64,000 nt of DNA from an uncultured Acidobacteriota bacterium (lineage in GTDB: Bacteria; Acidobacteriota; UBA6911): NCBI GenBank assembly GCA_963843575.1, contig CAWJKZ010000013.1, forward strand, positions 64,001 to 128,000. The letters run 5' to 3'. Both the position numbers and the translations under genes were made by a program. Of this stretch, positions 40,170 to 49,683 are shown in pieces. Under the pieces are notes generated by a model that was not told the DNA's origin, ran no database searches, and saw only the letters and a list, made by a program, of their open reading frames with translations. The stretch's first letter is position 1. The number at the start of each line of letters is the position of its first letter.

Positions 40170-41483
40170 TTGCACAACAGGGAAGCGCTCCTGCACAATC
40201 GGGCGGTCGACAAAGGAGGCAGCTTGGGCGCAACGCGGAAACTGGACGAGATCCGAGCGGGCTTTCAGCCGGCATTCTGGGTCGCCAACTTCACTGAGCT
40301 GTTCGAGCGTCTCTCGTACTACGGCCAGCAGGCCGTCCTCGCGATCTTCCTGCACGAGCAGCTGAAGTTCAGCGTCGAGCAGACCGGACGCCTGCAGGGA
40401 TTCTTCGGGTTCGTGGTCTGGTTTCTGCCGGTGATCGGTGGAACCCTGGCCGACCGCTTCGGCTTCCGGCGGTCGCTGGCAGTCGCCTACCTGCTCCTGT
40501 CGGCCGGCTACTTCCTGCTCGGGTCGCTCTCCGCTCCCTGGATGGCGCCTGTGCGCGAGTCGCTCCCGTTATACTGGCTGGTATTCGCAATCCTGATGAT
40601 CCCGGCCTTGGGACCGTCAATCGTGAAGCCGGTCGTCGCCGGCACGACCGCGCGGGCATCGACGGAGAACGTGCGCTCACTCGGGTACTCGATCTACTAC
40701 ACTGTCGTGAATATCGGCGGCACTCTCGGCCCGATCATGGCCTTTCTGGTGCGCCGTTCGGTCGGCATCGAAAACGTGTTTCGCGTGTCGGCGCTTTCCG
40801 TCTTCCTCATGTTTTTCGCCACCGTGCTGTTCTACCGCGAACCGCCGCAACAGGGGAACAAGCAGGTGGCCAGCGTCGGCGCGGCGCTCAGGAACATGGT
40901 GCTGGTTCTGCGGAATTACCGGTTTGTCGTGTTCCTGTTCCTCTTTTCCGGCTTTTACATCGTCTTCTGGCAGGAATTCATCGCGCTCCCCCTCTACATC
41001 CGCGGCTATGTCAACCCAGAGGCCGACGTGGATCTGCTGACCACGGCCGAGGGCCTCACCGTGATTCTCCTCCAGGTGATCGTGAGTTACCTGACCAGGA
41101 AGGTGCCCGCATTTACCGCCATGAGCGCCGGGATCCTGATCGCAAGCCTCTCGTGGCTCCTGCTCGCCTGGCACCCTTCCGTGACGATGGCGGTCGCGTC
41201 GCTGATCGTTCTGGGGATCGGGGAGATCACCCAAGCCCCGAGGTACTACGAGTACATCTCCCGCCTGGCGCCGGAAGGACAGCAGGGGCTCTACATGGGG
41301 TATGCGTTCCTCCCCATTGCGATCGGCTACTTCATTGCTGGGCCGCTGGGAGGATGGCTGGTCCACGAGTTCGGTGAGGTGAGACACGCGCCGCACCAGA
41401 TGTGGTATGTCGTCGCGGCCGTGGGGATAATCACCACGATGCTGATGGTGGCGTACGACCGAATCGTCCGGCCAGGAAGGTAA
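40170..41483 (+). CDS. POT/PTR-like MFS transporter
   Basis: ELFERLSYYG motif and ~12 TM segments. Start uncertain. Confidence 0.88.
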   Translation: MHNREALLHNRAVDKGGSLGATRKLDEIRAGFQPAFWVANFTELFERLSYYGQQAVLAIFLHEQLKFSVEQTGRLQGFFGFVVWFLPVIGGTLADRFGFRRSLAVAYLLLSAGYFLLGSLSAPWMAPVRESLPLYWLVFAILMIPALGPSIVKPVVAGTTARASTENVRSLGYSIYYTVVNIGGTLGPIMAFLVRRSVGIENVFRVSALSVFLMFFATVLFYREPPQQGNKQVASVGAALRNMVLVLRNYRFVVFLFLFSGFYIVFWQEFIALPLYIRGYVNPEADVDLLTTAEGLTVILLQVIVSYLTRKVPAFTAMSAGILIASLSWLLLAWHPSVTMAVASLIVLGIGEITQAPRYYEYISRLAPEGQQGLYMGYAFLPIAIGYFIAGPLGGWLVHEFGEVRHAPHQMWYVVAAVGIITTMLMVAYDRIVRPGR

Positions 41484-41493
41484 GGCAATAAAG

Positions 41494-41574
41494 GTGGGCC
41501 GCGCCGGCACGGCCCGTGGATTTTGCTCAGGGGTGAAACTCATCGCGGGGCGGGGCCGGTCCGACCCCGCCCAC
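41494..41574. repeat. Inverted REP-like pair
   Basis: GTGGGCCGCGCCGGCACGGCCC and GGGGCGGGGCCGGTCCGACCCCGCCCAC. Relatives at 40068, 53559-53667 and 60857-60917. Confidence 0.6.
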
Positions 41575-41585
41575 ACTTTTTCAGG

Positions 41586-42980
41586 CTACTTCTTACCCTT
41601 GGACTGCACCTCGACCAGGAGTTCCGCTTTGCCGGAACCGAGCGACGCCGGAAGCGTAACCGAGATCGAATACGTTCCCTCGGCGGTGGCGGAGGCTGTG
41701 ATCTTGACCTTCATCGAGGCCACGCCCTGCCCGAGGGGACGATCAGGCTCTGCGGTGACCGGGCCCGCCGGGGGGAAAAGCAGCTCCGGGGTTGTCGATT
41801 GGGCGGGCTGGATCAGCAACACGACATCACGGGATTCCCCGGGGGCCAACTTGATGTGACCGGGCGCAAACACGATCCTCACGGAGCCGTCGGGCCGCTC
41901 GCTGTCGTCTTCGGAGACTTCCCCGACCAGCACCGTGGCGGTGGCGGAGCCGCCGAGCGCCTCGGCCTTGACGGTGGCGGTGCCCACAACTAGAGCCTCT
42001 ACCGTAAAATCTGCGGTGCGGGACCCCTTCGGAACGACGACCGAATCGCGGGGCAGGCTCACGACGCCGGCGCCCGAAGCGATCGTAAGAGCTATGTTGA
42101 CATCCGCAACCGCGGTTTCGCGCAACTTGACCGTGAACGTCCCGGTCTTCCCGACCTTCAGTTTCCGCACTTCCGGTTTCAGCTCGAGCGGTCCTATTAC
42201 ATTGACTTCTTTGGCATTCACCGTAAGGTCCACCATGACGCCCTTGACCTCGACGTAGGCGCCGGCCACCAGGTCGCCGGTGACCTCGGTCCCGGACGTG
42301 ACATTGACGTTCGTGACGTTCCCGGTGGCGCCGTTGACCGCCACCTTGAGAAGGCCGGTGGTCGGTTCGTATGACTCGACAACGCCCTCAAACTTCAGCG
42401 TCCCCTTCTTCTTCCCTTTCACGACGACCTCGACCGAATCCGCGGTCCACGCGCCGGTATCGGATATGGCGCCGGTGGCGTGGATCCGGGTGCCGGTGGT
42501 GAGGCTTGCGATCGGCACCTCCGCACCGTCGGACTGGATGTGGAGTACCGTCGGCACCAGGATGGTCAGCCCAAGCAGCGACAGGGCCGTGCCCTCGTTG
42601 TAGGGTGCGACACCAGTGATGTGGCCGTGCACATCGAACATGTTGGAATCGTCGTCCGGACCGAGGACCTTCACGCTGTTGGCCAGGATGCCGCTCGAGG
42701 AGAACTTTCCCGTGACCTCGACCAGCTGTGAGACCTTCTCGGCCAGCTGATCCATCGTAAGCGACGTGTCGCCGGGACCGCCGATTTCGGTCTTGGGGTT
42801 GACCAGGACCCGCAGGTTCACGGTGTCGATCTGCACAAACAGCGTGCCCAGTCCTTCGCCATTTGGCAGCGCCGCCGTGATGGTACCCGTGAATTGGACT
42901 TCGTTGTTGTTGAGGCCCTGGGGATAGGCAACAGCCGCAACCGCCACAACGGTCAGCAGAATGAGTAACAGCCTTCGCAT
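41586..42980 (-). CDS. Secreted protein with DUF5666-like repeats
   Basis: Signal peptide, three repeats ending VEV.G....A..V, then Ig-like tail domains. Confidence 0.65.
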   Translation of the reverse strand: MRRLLLILLTVVAVAAVAYPQGLNNNEVQFTGTITAALPNGEGLGTLFVQIDTVNLRVLVNPKTEIGGPGDTSLTMDQLAEKVSQLVEVTGKFSSSGILANSVKVLGPDDDSNMFDVHGHITGVAPYNEGTALSLLGLTILVPTVLHIQSDGAEVPIASLTTGTRIHATGAISDTGAWTADSVEVVVKGKKKGTLKFEGVVESYEPTTGLLKVAVNGATGNVTNVNVTSGTEVTGDLVAGAYVEVKGVMVDLTVNAKEVNVIGPLELKPEVRKLKVGKTGTFTVKLRETAVADVNIALTIASGAGVVSLPRDSVVVPKGSRTADFTVEALVVGTATVKAEALGGSATATVLVGEVSEDDSERPDGSVRIVFAPGHIKLAPGESRDVVLLIQPAQSTTPELLFPPAGPVTAEPDRPLGQGVASMKVKITASATAEGTYSISVTLPASLGSGKAELLVEVQSKGKK

Positions 42981-43066
42981 AGGAACACTCCTTTTGCCGG
43001 GCGAGGGGACGTTGCCGACATTATACGCCGCAGGATCTTATTAAAGGTGACAATTTTCACAAAGAC

Positions 43067-43188
43067 ATGGAGTGCGGCGGCTCGACGCCGCTTTGGCGGC
43101 AGCGCCTGGGCGCCGCGCCACACTTCAGACTGCGGGGCAGGCACCGCGATGTCGCGATTTAGGGTGGCGCCGCGGCGCCGCACTCCAT
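43067..43188. repeat. REP/MITE-like element with 13-bp perfect inverted ends
   Basis: ATGGAGTGCGGCG...CGCCGCACTCCAT. Confidence 0.7.
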
Positions 43189-43189
43189 A

Positions 43190-44110
43190 TCAGGCAACCG
43201 TGTTGCGGAGGGTGCCGATTTCAGGAACCGTGATCTCGACGAGGTCCCCCGGCAGGAGCGCAAAATCGTCGGGCGGCACGATGCCGGTCCCGGTTAGCAG
43301 CATGACCCCGTGCCGGAAAGACTGGTCGCGGAATAGATAGGAGATCAGCTCGTCGAAATCGCGCTTCATCTTGTCGAGCCCGGTCACGGCTTCGAAGCAG
43401 ACCTGCCCTTCGCGGCGGATCGTGAGCCCGATGGAGGACTTGCGGATGTCCGGCGCCCACTCCTGCAGGACCATTGACGGCCCGAGGGCGCACGACTGGA
43501 GGTAGATTTTCGCTTGCGGCAGGTACAGGGGGTTTTCCCCCTCGATATCACGCGAGCTGACGTCGTTCCCAATCGTGTAGCCTGCCAGGATACCCTTCCG
43601 GTTGATGATCAGAGCCAATTCGGGTTCCGGGACGGTCCAGCGGGAATCGGAGCGGATCCGGATGGGCTCGTTGGGGCCCGAGACACGGCTCGGCGTCGAT
43701 TTGAAGAACAGTTCCGGCCGCGGGGCGTCGTACACCTTGTCGTAGAACGAGCCGCCGTCGGAGCTCTCCACCATCCGTGCGTCCCGGCTGCGCAGATAGG
43801 TCACGCCGGCCCCCCAGACTTCCTGACGGGTCAGGGGGGCGAGAAGGTGGGGCCGCCCTGGCTCCGGAGGGATGTCGAGAGCCGAGAAGGCAAGCGACGG
43901 ACATCCCTCGAGCTCGGCTGCGATCCCCTGGATCGCGCAGGCTGGGTCGTCGCTGCAGATCAGATCGGTGAGCGATCCGAAATTCATGGGGTCGAGCGCC
44001 GTCAGGTCGAACACGCGGCCGTCGATCACGAGCCCGATGGCCGCCCCCCCGCTCGGGCGCCAGAACTGGCAGATCCTCATGGCTTTGCTGGCATCTCCGC
44101 TGTTGTCCAT
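43190..44110 (-). CDS. Fumarylacetoacetate-hydrolase family protein (2-keto-3-deoxypentonate dehydratase-like)
   Basis: EVWGAGVTY..SR, PEPEL and GNDVSSRDIEGENPLYLPQAK motifs. Confidence 0.88.
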   Translation of the reverse strand: MDNSGDASKAMRICQFWRPSGGAAIGLVIDGRVFDLTALDPMNFGSLTDLICSDDPACAIQGIAAELEGCPSLAFSALDIPPEPGRPHLLAPLTRQEVWGAGVTYLRSRDARMVESSDGGSFYDKVYDAPRPELFFKSTPSRVSGPNEPIRIRSDSRWTVPEPELALIINRKGILAGYTIGNDVSSRDIEGENPLYLPQAKIYLQSCALGPSMVLQEWAPDIRKSSIGLTIRREGQVCFEAVTGLDKMKRDFDELISYLFRDQSFRHGVMLLTGTGIVPPDDFALLPGDLVEITVPEIGTLRNTVA

Positions 44111-44113
44111 GCG

Positions 44114-45568
44114 TTACCCCGCCCTGTCGATGTAGACCGTTTTGATGCCGGTGAAAAAATCCAGGGCCGCGCGCCCTTGCTCGCGGGAGTGTGAGGAGGA
44201 CTCCTTCATCCCGCCGAAGGGCGCCTGCGGCTCTATCCCGGCTGTTTCGCTGTTCACCTTGACGACCCCGGCCTCGATGCGGCCGCAGAACTCCTGCACG
44301 GCGTTGAGGTCCTGGGTGAATATGCTTGCGGAGAGCCCGTACCTGGCGTCGTTGGCCAACCCGATCGCCTCGTCCAGGTCGCGCGCGAGCAACACGGCGA
44401 GGACCGGCCCGAAGATCTCCTCCCGGGCGAGTTGCGTATCGGGGCGGACGTCGACGAAGATCGTCGGTTCGACGTAGAACCCATGCTCGAACCCTTCGCC
44501 GCGGGGAACGGAGCCGCCAACCAGCAGGCGCGCCTGGGATTTCGCACTTTCGATGGCGGCGAGTATGGAGTCCTGCTGCGCGCGCGAAACCACGGGCGGG
44601 ACGAACGTCGATTCCTCGATCCCGGGCCCGATCTTGAGCTGCCGTGCACCCGCAGCCAGCCTGGCGCAGAACTCGTCGTAAATCGCGCCCACGACGATCG
44701 CACGGGAGGTGGCGGTGCACTTCTGCCCCGCGTAGCCGAATGCGCCGCGCAATGTCAGGTTGACGGCCTGGTCCATCTTGCAGTCGGGCAGCACGACGAC
44801 GGGATTTTTCCCGCCCATCTCGAGCTGGCATTTCACGCCACGCTCCGCCGCCCAAGCGGCAATGCGCCGTCCGACGTCATTCGACCCCGTGAAGGAGACG
44901 CCGTGCACCTTGGGGTTGCGGACGAGTTCCTCGCCGATCGCGCCGCCGCCGCCCGTGACGAGGTTGAGCACTCCCGCCGGAATCCCGACCTGCTCGAACA
45001 ACTGCGTCACCAGGACGGCACAGTGGGGCGTCGCGCTGGCCGGTTTGAGCACGACCGTGTTCCCGTACACGAGCGCCGGAGCCATTTTCCAGATCGGGAT
45101 GGCGATGGGGAAATTCCAGGGCGTGATCAGGCTGACCACACCGAGCGGGGCGCGGGTCGTGTAGATCATGGTCCGAGGGTTGACCGACGGGATCACTTCA
45201 CCCACGCTGCGCACACCCTCGGCGGCGTAGAAGCGCAGGAGCGCGACCCCGCGAGCCGTCTCACCGCGGGCCTCGGCGATGGTCTTCCCGTTTTCCCGCA
45301 CCATGGCCCGGGCTACCTGTTCCAGCCGCGCCTCCAGGATGTCGGCCGCTTTGCGCAGGTATTCGCCGCGCGCCGACCCCGACAAGGCCCTCCACTTCTC
45401 GAAAGCGCCGTCTGCCGCGCCGACGGCGCGACGGACGTCTTCGACCGTGGATCCGGCAAATTCGCCGATGACGTCGCGCACGTCGGCCGGGTTCGTGGAA
45501 GTGAATCCCGTGCCCGCCGGCGTCTCCGTCCAGCGGCCGCCGATATAATTGCCAAACACCTCGCTCAT
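44114..45568 (-). CDS. Aldehyde dehydrogenase (alpha-ketoglutarate semialdehyde dehydrogenase-like)
   Basis: PWNFP, FTGS, EMGGKN, GQKCT and EEIFGP motifs. Adjacent to the FAH-family gene. Confidence 0.9.
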   Translation of the reverse strand: MSEVFGNYIGGRWTETPAGTGFTSTNPADVRDVIGEFAGSTVEDVRRAVGAADGAFEKWRALSGSARGEYLRKAADILEARLEQVARAMVRENGKTIAEARGETARGVALLRFYAAEGVRSVGEVIPSVNPRTMIYTTRAPLGVVSLITPWNFPIAIPIWKMAPALVYGNTVVLKPASATPHCAVLVTQLFEQVGIPAGVLNLVTGGGGAIGEELVRNPKVHGVSFTGSNDVGRRIAAWAAERGVKCQLEMGGKNPVVVLPDCKMDQAVNLTLRGAFGYAGQKCTATSRAIVVGAIYDEFCARLAAGARQLKIGPGIEESTFVPPVVSRAQQDSILAAIESAKSQARLLVGGSVPRGEGFEHGFYVEPTIFVDVRPDTQLAREEIFGPVLAVLLARDLDEAIGLANDARYGLSASIFTQDLNAVQEFCGRIEAGVVKVNSETAGIEPQAPFGGMKESSSHSREQGRAALDFFTGIKTVYIDRAG

Positions 45569-45930
45569 TCGGTTCTCCTTGAGTGCCAGTCCCTTGGGGT
45601 TCCCGCGGACTTCAACGGCTCTTTCCGCAGCGCCCGGATCGCGGCGACGTCGCGGACACAGCGACCGCTATCGGCCACGGTTGTTGCGGCCGCGGGAGAA
45701 GAAAGCCGCCTCGCCACGTGCCTGTCCGTCATCGCCCCCGCAGGCCGGAACAGAGTGATCCGGATCGAATCCACCCACGCGGCGACCGCGGAAACGGCGC
45801 AGTCCGTGGCAGACGGGAGCCGGCCGGCCCGGCGCAATTGGCGCTGTGTATCCATTCCGGCGATTATATCCGTCCGGGAGCGCCCACTCCACAACGGCCT
45901 TCGGAATCAGGATGTCTGCGGCGATTTTGG

Positions 45931-47577
45931 TCACTGCACCGGGACTGCGGTGTAAAGTCCGTGGTCCTGGATCAGGGCCACCACGACAAAGGTCCCTCCG
46001 TCCGCACCGGCCAGGGTCATGGACCCCTTCATCGTGCGCGCCCCCGCAAAAAACTCGTGCAGGAAGGCGGCGAGTTGCCGGCCGGCCCCGAGCGGGTTGA
46101 GCTCCGGCGGCGTCAGGACAGACACCGGGCGGCCGGTCTCGTCCCGGACCGTGATCGAGATGGACGCCGGCGCGGCCCCGGGGTTGGCGACCGCGAAACC
46201 GGTGTAGCGTTCGTGCTCCTCGTCGTTGTCCACCAGGATCGTCGCGCTCGAGATCGGGGCGCAGGCGAACACGCCGGCGCTCGTCTTCAACACCCCGGCC
46301 TCGCGGAACTGAAACGTGGCCAGCCCGGCGACGCTTCCCCCAAAACTCTCGAAGCGCGCCCACCCGGTGGAGGTGATGGACTCCGCGGCGCCGCCCAGCT
46401 CCAGGATCTTGACGCCGCCGGAGGGGATCGAGACCGGCAGGGGGTTCGACGGCGCGCCGTTCGCGGCGGTGACGACGAGGTTGCCGGACGCGTCGCCCGC
46501 GCCGGTGTTGACCAAGGTCACGGCCGTCGTGAAGCCGCCGCCCATGGCTACGTGCGGGAAATAGGCCAATTGCGGGGGATGATAGCCCAGCTGGATGATC
46601 TCGAAATCGCTGGCGTTGATCTTCCTGAAATCCGCGTTGAAAGCGCCGTTGACCCAGCGTGTGTCGTAGGTGCCGCTGATGTACATGTCGGAGCCGTTGT
46701 CCGCCACGATGAGGCCGTGTTTCTTGAAGGCGCGGAAGAGCCTCTGGAGCTCGGGGGGGAAGCCGGAGAGGTTCACACCGGCCTTGAGGCGCAGCCGGGC
46801 GCCCATCGGCAGCGCCCGGGAGTTGTTCCCGGCGCGGTGCGAGGCGGGGTAGACGTATCCGTTGGTGGCCCGCACGGTCACTCGGAAGGCGTGGTCGATC
46901 TCCTGCTCGCCGTAGACCTCCTCGTAGCGTACGAGGCCGGGCAGGATCGCGAGTCCGGCGGCGTCCGAGGAGGTCCAGCCTTCGGGGCGGCGGGCATTGG
47001 TCTTCATGTCGAAGAAAGCCCCAGACCCGGCATGCCAGCGAGTTCCGTCGAAGAAGACGTTGTAGAGCTCGTACAGGTGGCGGTTATCCCGGTCCACGAG
47101 GATCATGTGGCGGTCCGCGCTGCTACGCAGGTCGACGCTGCCGGGCGGGCCGCCCTCGATCCAGTGCGGCCGGGTGGCGGCCTCGTCGGGAATCGGGTAG
47201 AACGGGATGCTCTCGCCCGTCGCGTGGTTCACCCCATCGCTTTCGTCCCCGTACTCGAACTGAACGGTCTTCTTCGGCTGATCGCCGCCGACGACGATGT
47301 AGGGATAGCCGTAGGTTTCGACGCTGCCGGGCGCAGCGTCGCCGCCGAAATCGGGGTGGAGCGGGCGCGGGGAGCCGTTGTTGACGAATGAAATGTAGGC
47401 GGCCGAGTTTGGGTCGACTGGGGCGTTGCTGATGTCGGCGTTCCACCAGTTGGAGGGAGGGAAGAGCGGCAGCGGGCCCGGAAGGGAGCCCCCCAATTCG
47501 ACGGTGCCGGCAAACAGCAGCGCCGCGGTTCCCCCGGCCAGCGCACAGATAAGAACTCGTCGCCTCCAAACGTGCAT
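45931..47577 (-). CDS. Secreted hypothetical protein
   Basis: Signal peptide, conserved-looking domain (DRHMILVD, DAAGL, HAFR, GLIVADNG) and a C-terminal beta domain. Confidence 0.7.
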   Translation of the reverse strand: MHVWRRRVLICALAGGTAALLFAGTVELGGSLPGPLPLFPPSNWWNADISNAPVDPNSAAYISFVNNGSPRPLHPDFGGDAAPGSVETYGYPYIVVGGDQPKKTVQFEYGDESDGVNHATGESIPFYPIPDEAATRPHWIEGGPPGSVDLRSSADRHMILVDRDNRHLYELYNVFFDGTRWHAGSGAFFDMKTNARRPEGWTSSDAAGLAILPGLVRYEEVYGEQEIDHAFRVTVRATNGYVYPASHRAGNNSRALPMGARLRLKAGVNLSGFPPELQRLFRAFKKHGLIVADNGSDMYISGTYDTRWVNGAFNADFRKINASDFEIIQLGYHPPQLAYFPHVAMGGGFTTAVTLVNTGAGDASGNLVVTAANGAPSNPLPVSIPSGGVKILELGGAAESITSTGWARFESFGGSVAGLATFQFREAGVLKTSAGVFACAPISSATILVDNDEEHERYTGFAVANPGAAPASISITVRDETGRPVSVLTPPELNPLGAGRQLAAFLHEFFAGARTMKGSMTLAGADGGTFVVVALIQDHGLYTAVPVQ

Positions 47578-47699
47578 CTGTCGTTCCCTTTGTGCCGCGC
47601 GCAACGGACGGCGACACTCCGGCAGCTCCGCGCCAGGTCCGTTATGTTAACGCCAGGCGGGGCATTTTGGGAACAAGGGATCGCGCTTGCCGGACAGCG

Positions 47700-47939
47700 C
47701 TATTCGGAGCCTTCGGTCACGGCGACCCGGCCGGCCCCGTGGCATGTCTGGCACATCCCGCTGCCCATACACTTGGAGCACGGCCGGCGCTGGTCGGAGC
47801 GCGACTCGCTGTGCACCGTGCCGGAGATTATGGAAATGGGAGGGGTGGCGCTGTGCTGCAGATGCCCTGTGCCGTCGCACCGGCTGCACTTGCCGGACCC
47901 GTGGCAGCTGCTGCAAGGGTGTTTTTCGGTGGAGCTCAT
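47700..47939 (-). CDS. Small DnaJ-type zinc-finger protein
   Basis: Four CxxCxGxG repeats in 79 aa. AAGGAG RBS. Confidence 0.75.
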   Translation of the reverse strand: MSSTEKHPCSSCHGSGKCSRCDGTGHLQHSATPPISIISGTVHSESRSDQRRPCSKCMGSGMCQTCHGAGRVAVTEGSE

Positions 47940-48132
47940 CGTGTGCTCCTTTCGCTGGTGAGGATCATGCCTGGCCCTCGGGGCGGGCTGATTGATCAAA
48001 GACTGCCTACAGGCTATCGGATTAGATCCGCAGTATCAAGCCCGACCGGTCCGCAACACCGGCACGATCGCGGCCGAGACCCGCCGAATCCCGGCAGCGC
48101 TCCCCGCTTTCCCATGTGCTATCTTTTACCGC

Positions 48133-49425
48133 ATGAACCCGCGCCGCACGGTCGCCGCCCGCCTCATCGAAGCCCGCGCCCACACGGATGCGTTATTCGA
48201 GTTGGTGCACCCGTCGGCCCTGCGCGAAAGGCCTATCCCGGAGCGGCACCGGATCATCTTCTACATAGGCCACCTCGAGGCATTCGACTGGAACCTCGTC
48301 TGCCGCGACCTGCTCGGGGCGAAGTCGTTTCACCCGGAATTCGACCGCCTTTTCGCCTTCGGGATCGACCCCGTAGAGGGCGAACTGCCGTCCGACCAGG
48401 CCTCGGACTGGCCGTCGCTCGGCGAGATCCGCCGATACAACCGGTGCGCGCGCGAAAGGCTCGACGAGGCGGCCCCAAGAACGGATCTCGCCTGGGCCTT
48501 CAACGTGGCCATCGAGCACCGGCTGATGCACGCGGAGACATTCGCCTACATGCTGCACCGCCTCCCTTACCACCTGAAAGCCGCGCCGACAGGGGGGCCC
48601 GATCCTCAACCCGTCGCCGTGCGGCCGCGCCTGATCGAAATTCCCGCGGGCTCGGCTACCCTCGGGCTCGACCGGGGCGCACAACCGACGCTGGGTTGGG
48701 ACAACGAGTACGAAAAACACACGGTGCCGGTCCCGGGTTTCCTCATCCAGTCCCACAACGTCACAAACGGGGATTATCTCGAATTCGTGCGAGCCGGCGG
48801 CTACCGGGAACGCAGCCTCTGGACCGGCGCGGCCTGGGACTGGATAAACGCGCAGGGTGTCGAGCACCCGCATTTCTGGTCGGGGAAGGAGCCGGCCTGG
48901 AGCTATCGAGGCATGTTTGCGGAATTCGAGCTGCCGCTCCGGGCGCCGGTGTACGTCAGCCACGCGGAGGCGTCCGCCTACGCTCGATGGAAGGGGATGT
49001 CCCTGCCGACGGAGGCGCAGTTCCATCGCGCCGCCTACGGCGCCCTCGAAGGCGGCGAGCGCGAGTACCCGTGGGGCAACGACGCCCCCGGCCCCCGACA
49101 TGGCAACTTCGATTTCGCCCGGTGGGATCCGGTCGCCGCCGGCAACCACCCTGGGGGGGACAGCGCCTTCGGGGTCGCCGACCTGGTGGGCAACGGGTGG
49201 GAGTGGACGTCCACCCTGTTCGGCCCGTTTCCGGGCTTTCAACCACTCCCTTTCTACCAGACCTATTCGGCCGCCTTCTTCGACGGCAAGCACTACGTCA
49301 TGAAAGGAGGCTCCCCGCGCACCGCCGCCCCGCTCCTGCGCCGCACCTTCCGCAACTGGTTCCAGCCGCACTACCCCTACCCCTACGCCACCTTCCGGCT
49401 GGTGGGGACGAACCAGGCTAAATAG
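48133..49425 (+). CDS. EgtB/OvoA-family non-heme iron enzyme (DinB + FGE-sulfatase domains)
   Basis: RHRIIFYIGH, EHRLMHAET, GWDNE, LPTEA and GNGWEWT motifs. Confidence 0.85.
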   Translation: MNPRRTVAARLIEARAHTDALFELVHPSALRERPIPERHRIIFYIGHLEAFDWNLVCRDLLGAKSFHPEFDRLFAFGIDPVEGELPSDQASDWPSLGEIRRYNRCARERLDEAAPRTDLAWAFNVAIEHRLMHAETFAYMLHRLPYHLKAAPTGGPDPQPVAVRPRLIEIPAGSATLGLDRGAQPTLGWDNEYEKHTVPVPGFLIQSHNVTNGDYLEFVRAGGYRERSLWTGAAWDWINAQGVEHPHFWSGKEPAWSYRGMFAEFELPLRAPVYVSHAEASAYARWKGMSLPTEAQFHRAAYGALEGGEREYPWGNDAPGPRHGNFDFARWDPVAAGNHPGGDSAFGVADLVGNGWEWTSTLFGPFPGFQPLPFYQTYSAAFFDGKHYVMKGGSPRTAAPLLRRTFRNWFQPHYPYPYATFRLVGTNQAK

Positions 49426-49461
49426 TTTTATATCAAGTGCTTAACTCATTGTTGCCCAGAA

Positions 49462-49623
49462 AATCGGGCCCTATTTGCGATTTTCAGGCCTATTTTCTTC
49501 AAATAACGTCGCTGATCCGGGATTTCGCGATGCGGTCGGGAAAGGGCGTGTTGGTAGAGCCGAGGCGATCCCGGACGTCAAAGAGGCGCAGCCGGGTTGG
49601 ATAAATCGCAAATAAGGCCGATT
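49462..49623. repeat. Lower-GC element with ~21-bp imperfect terminal inverted repeats
   Basis: AATCGGGCCCTATTTGCGATTT / AAATCGCAAATAAGGCCGATT. Confidence 0.6.
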
Positions 49624-49683
49624 GTGGAGGCCATAAATCTAGTAAGATCCTGTAAACAATAGCTTTGCCATGGTCCGTCCCCG

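Noticed and set aside
45565-45894. 109-aa ORF upstream of the aldehyde dehydrogenase
   Set aside because: No motif or convincing RBS, and low-complexity Arg/Ala composition.
48133-49425. Selenoneine synthase SenA linked to selenium use
   Set aside because: No senB/senC adjacent, and the motifs look more like OvoA/EgtB.
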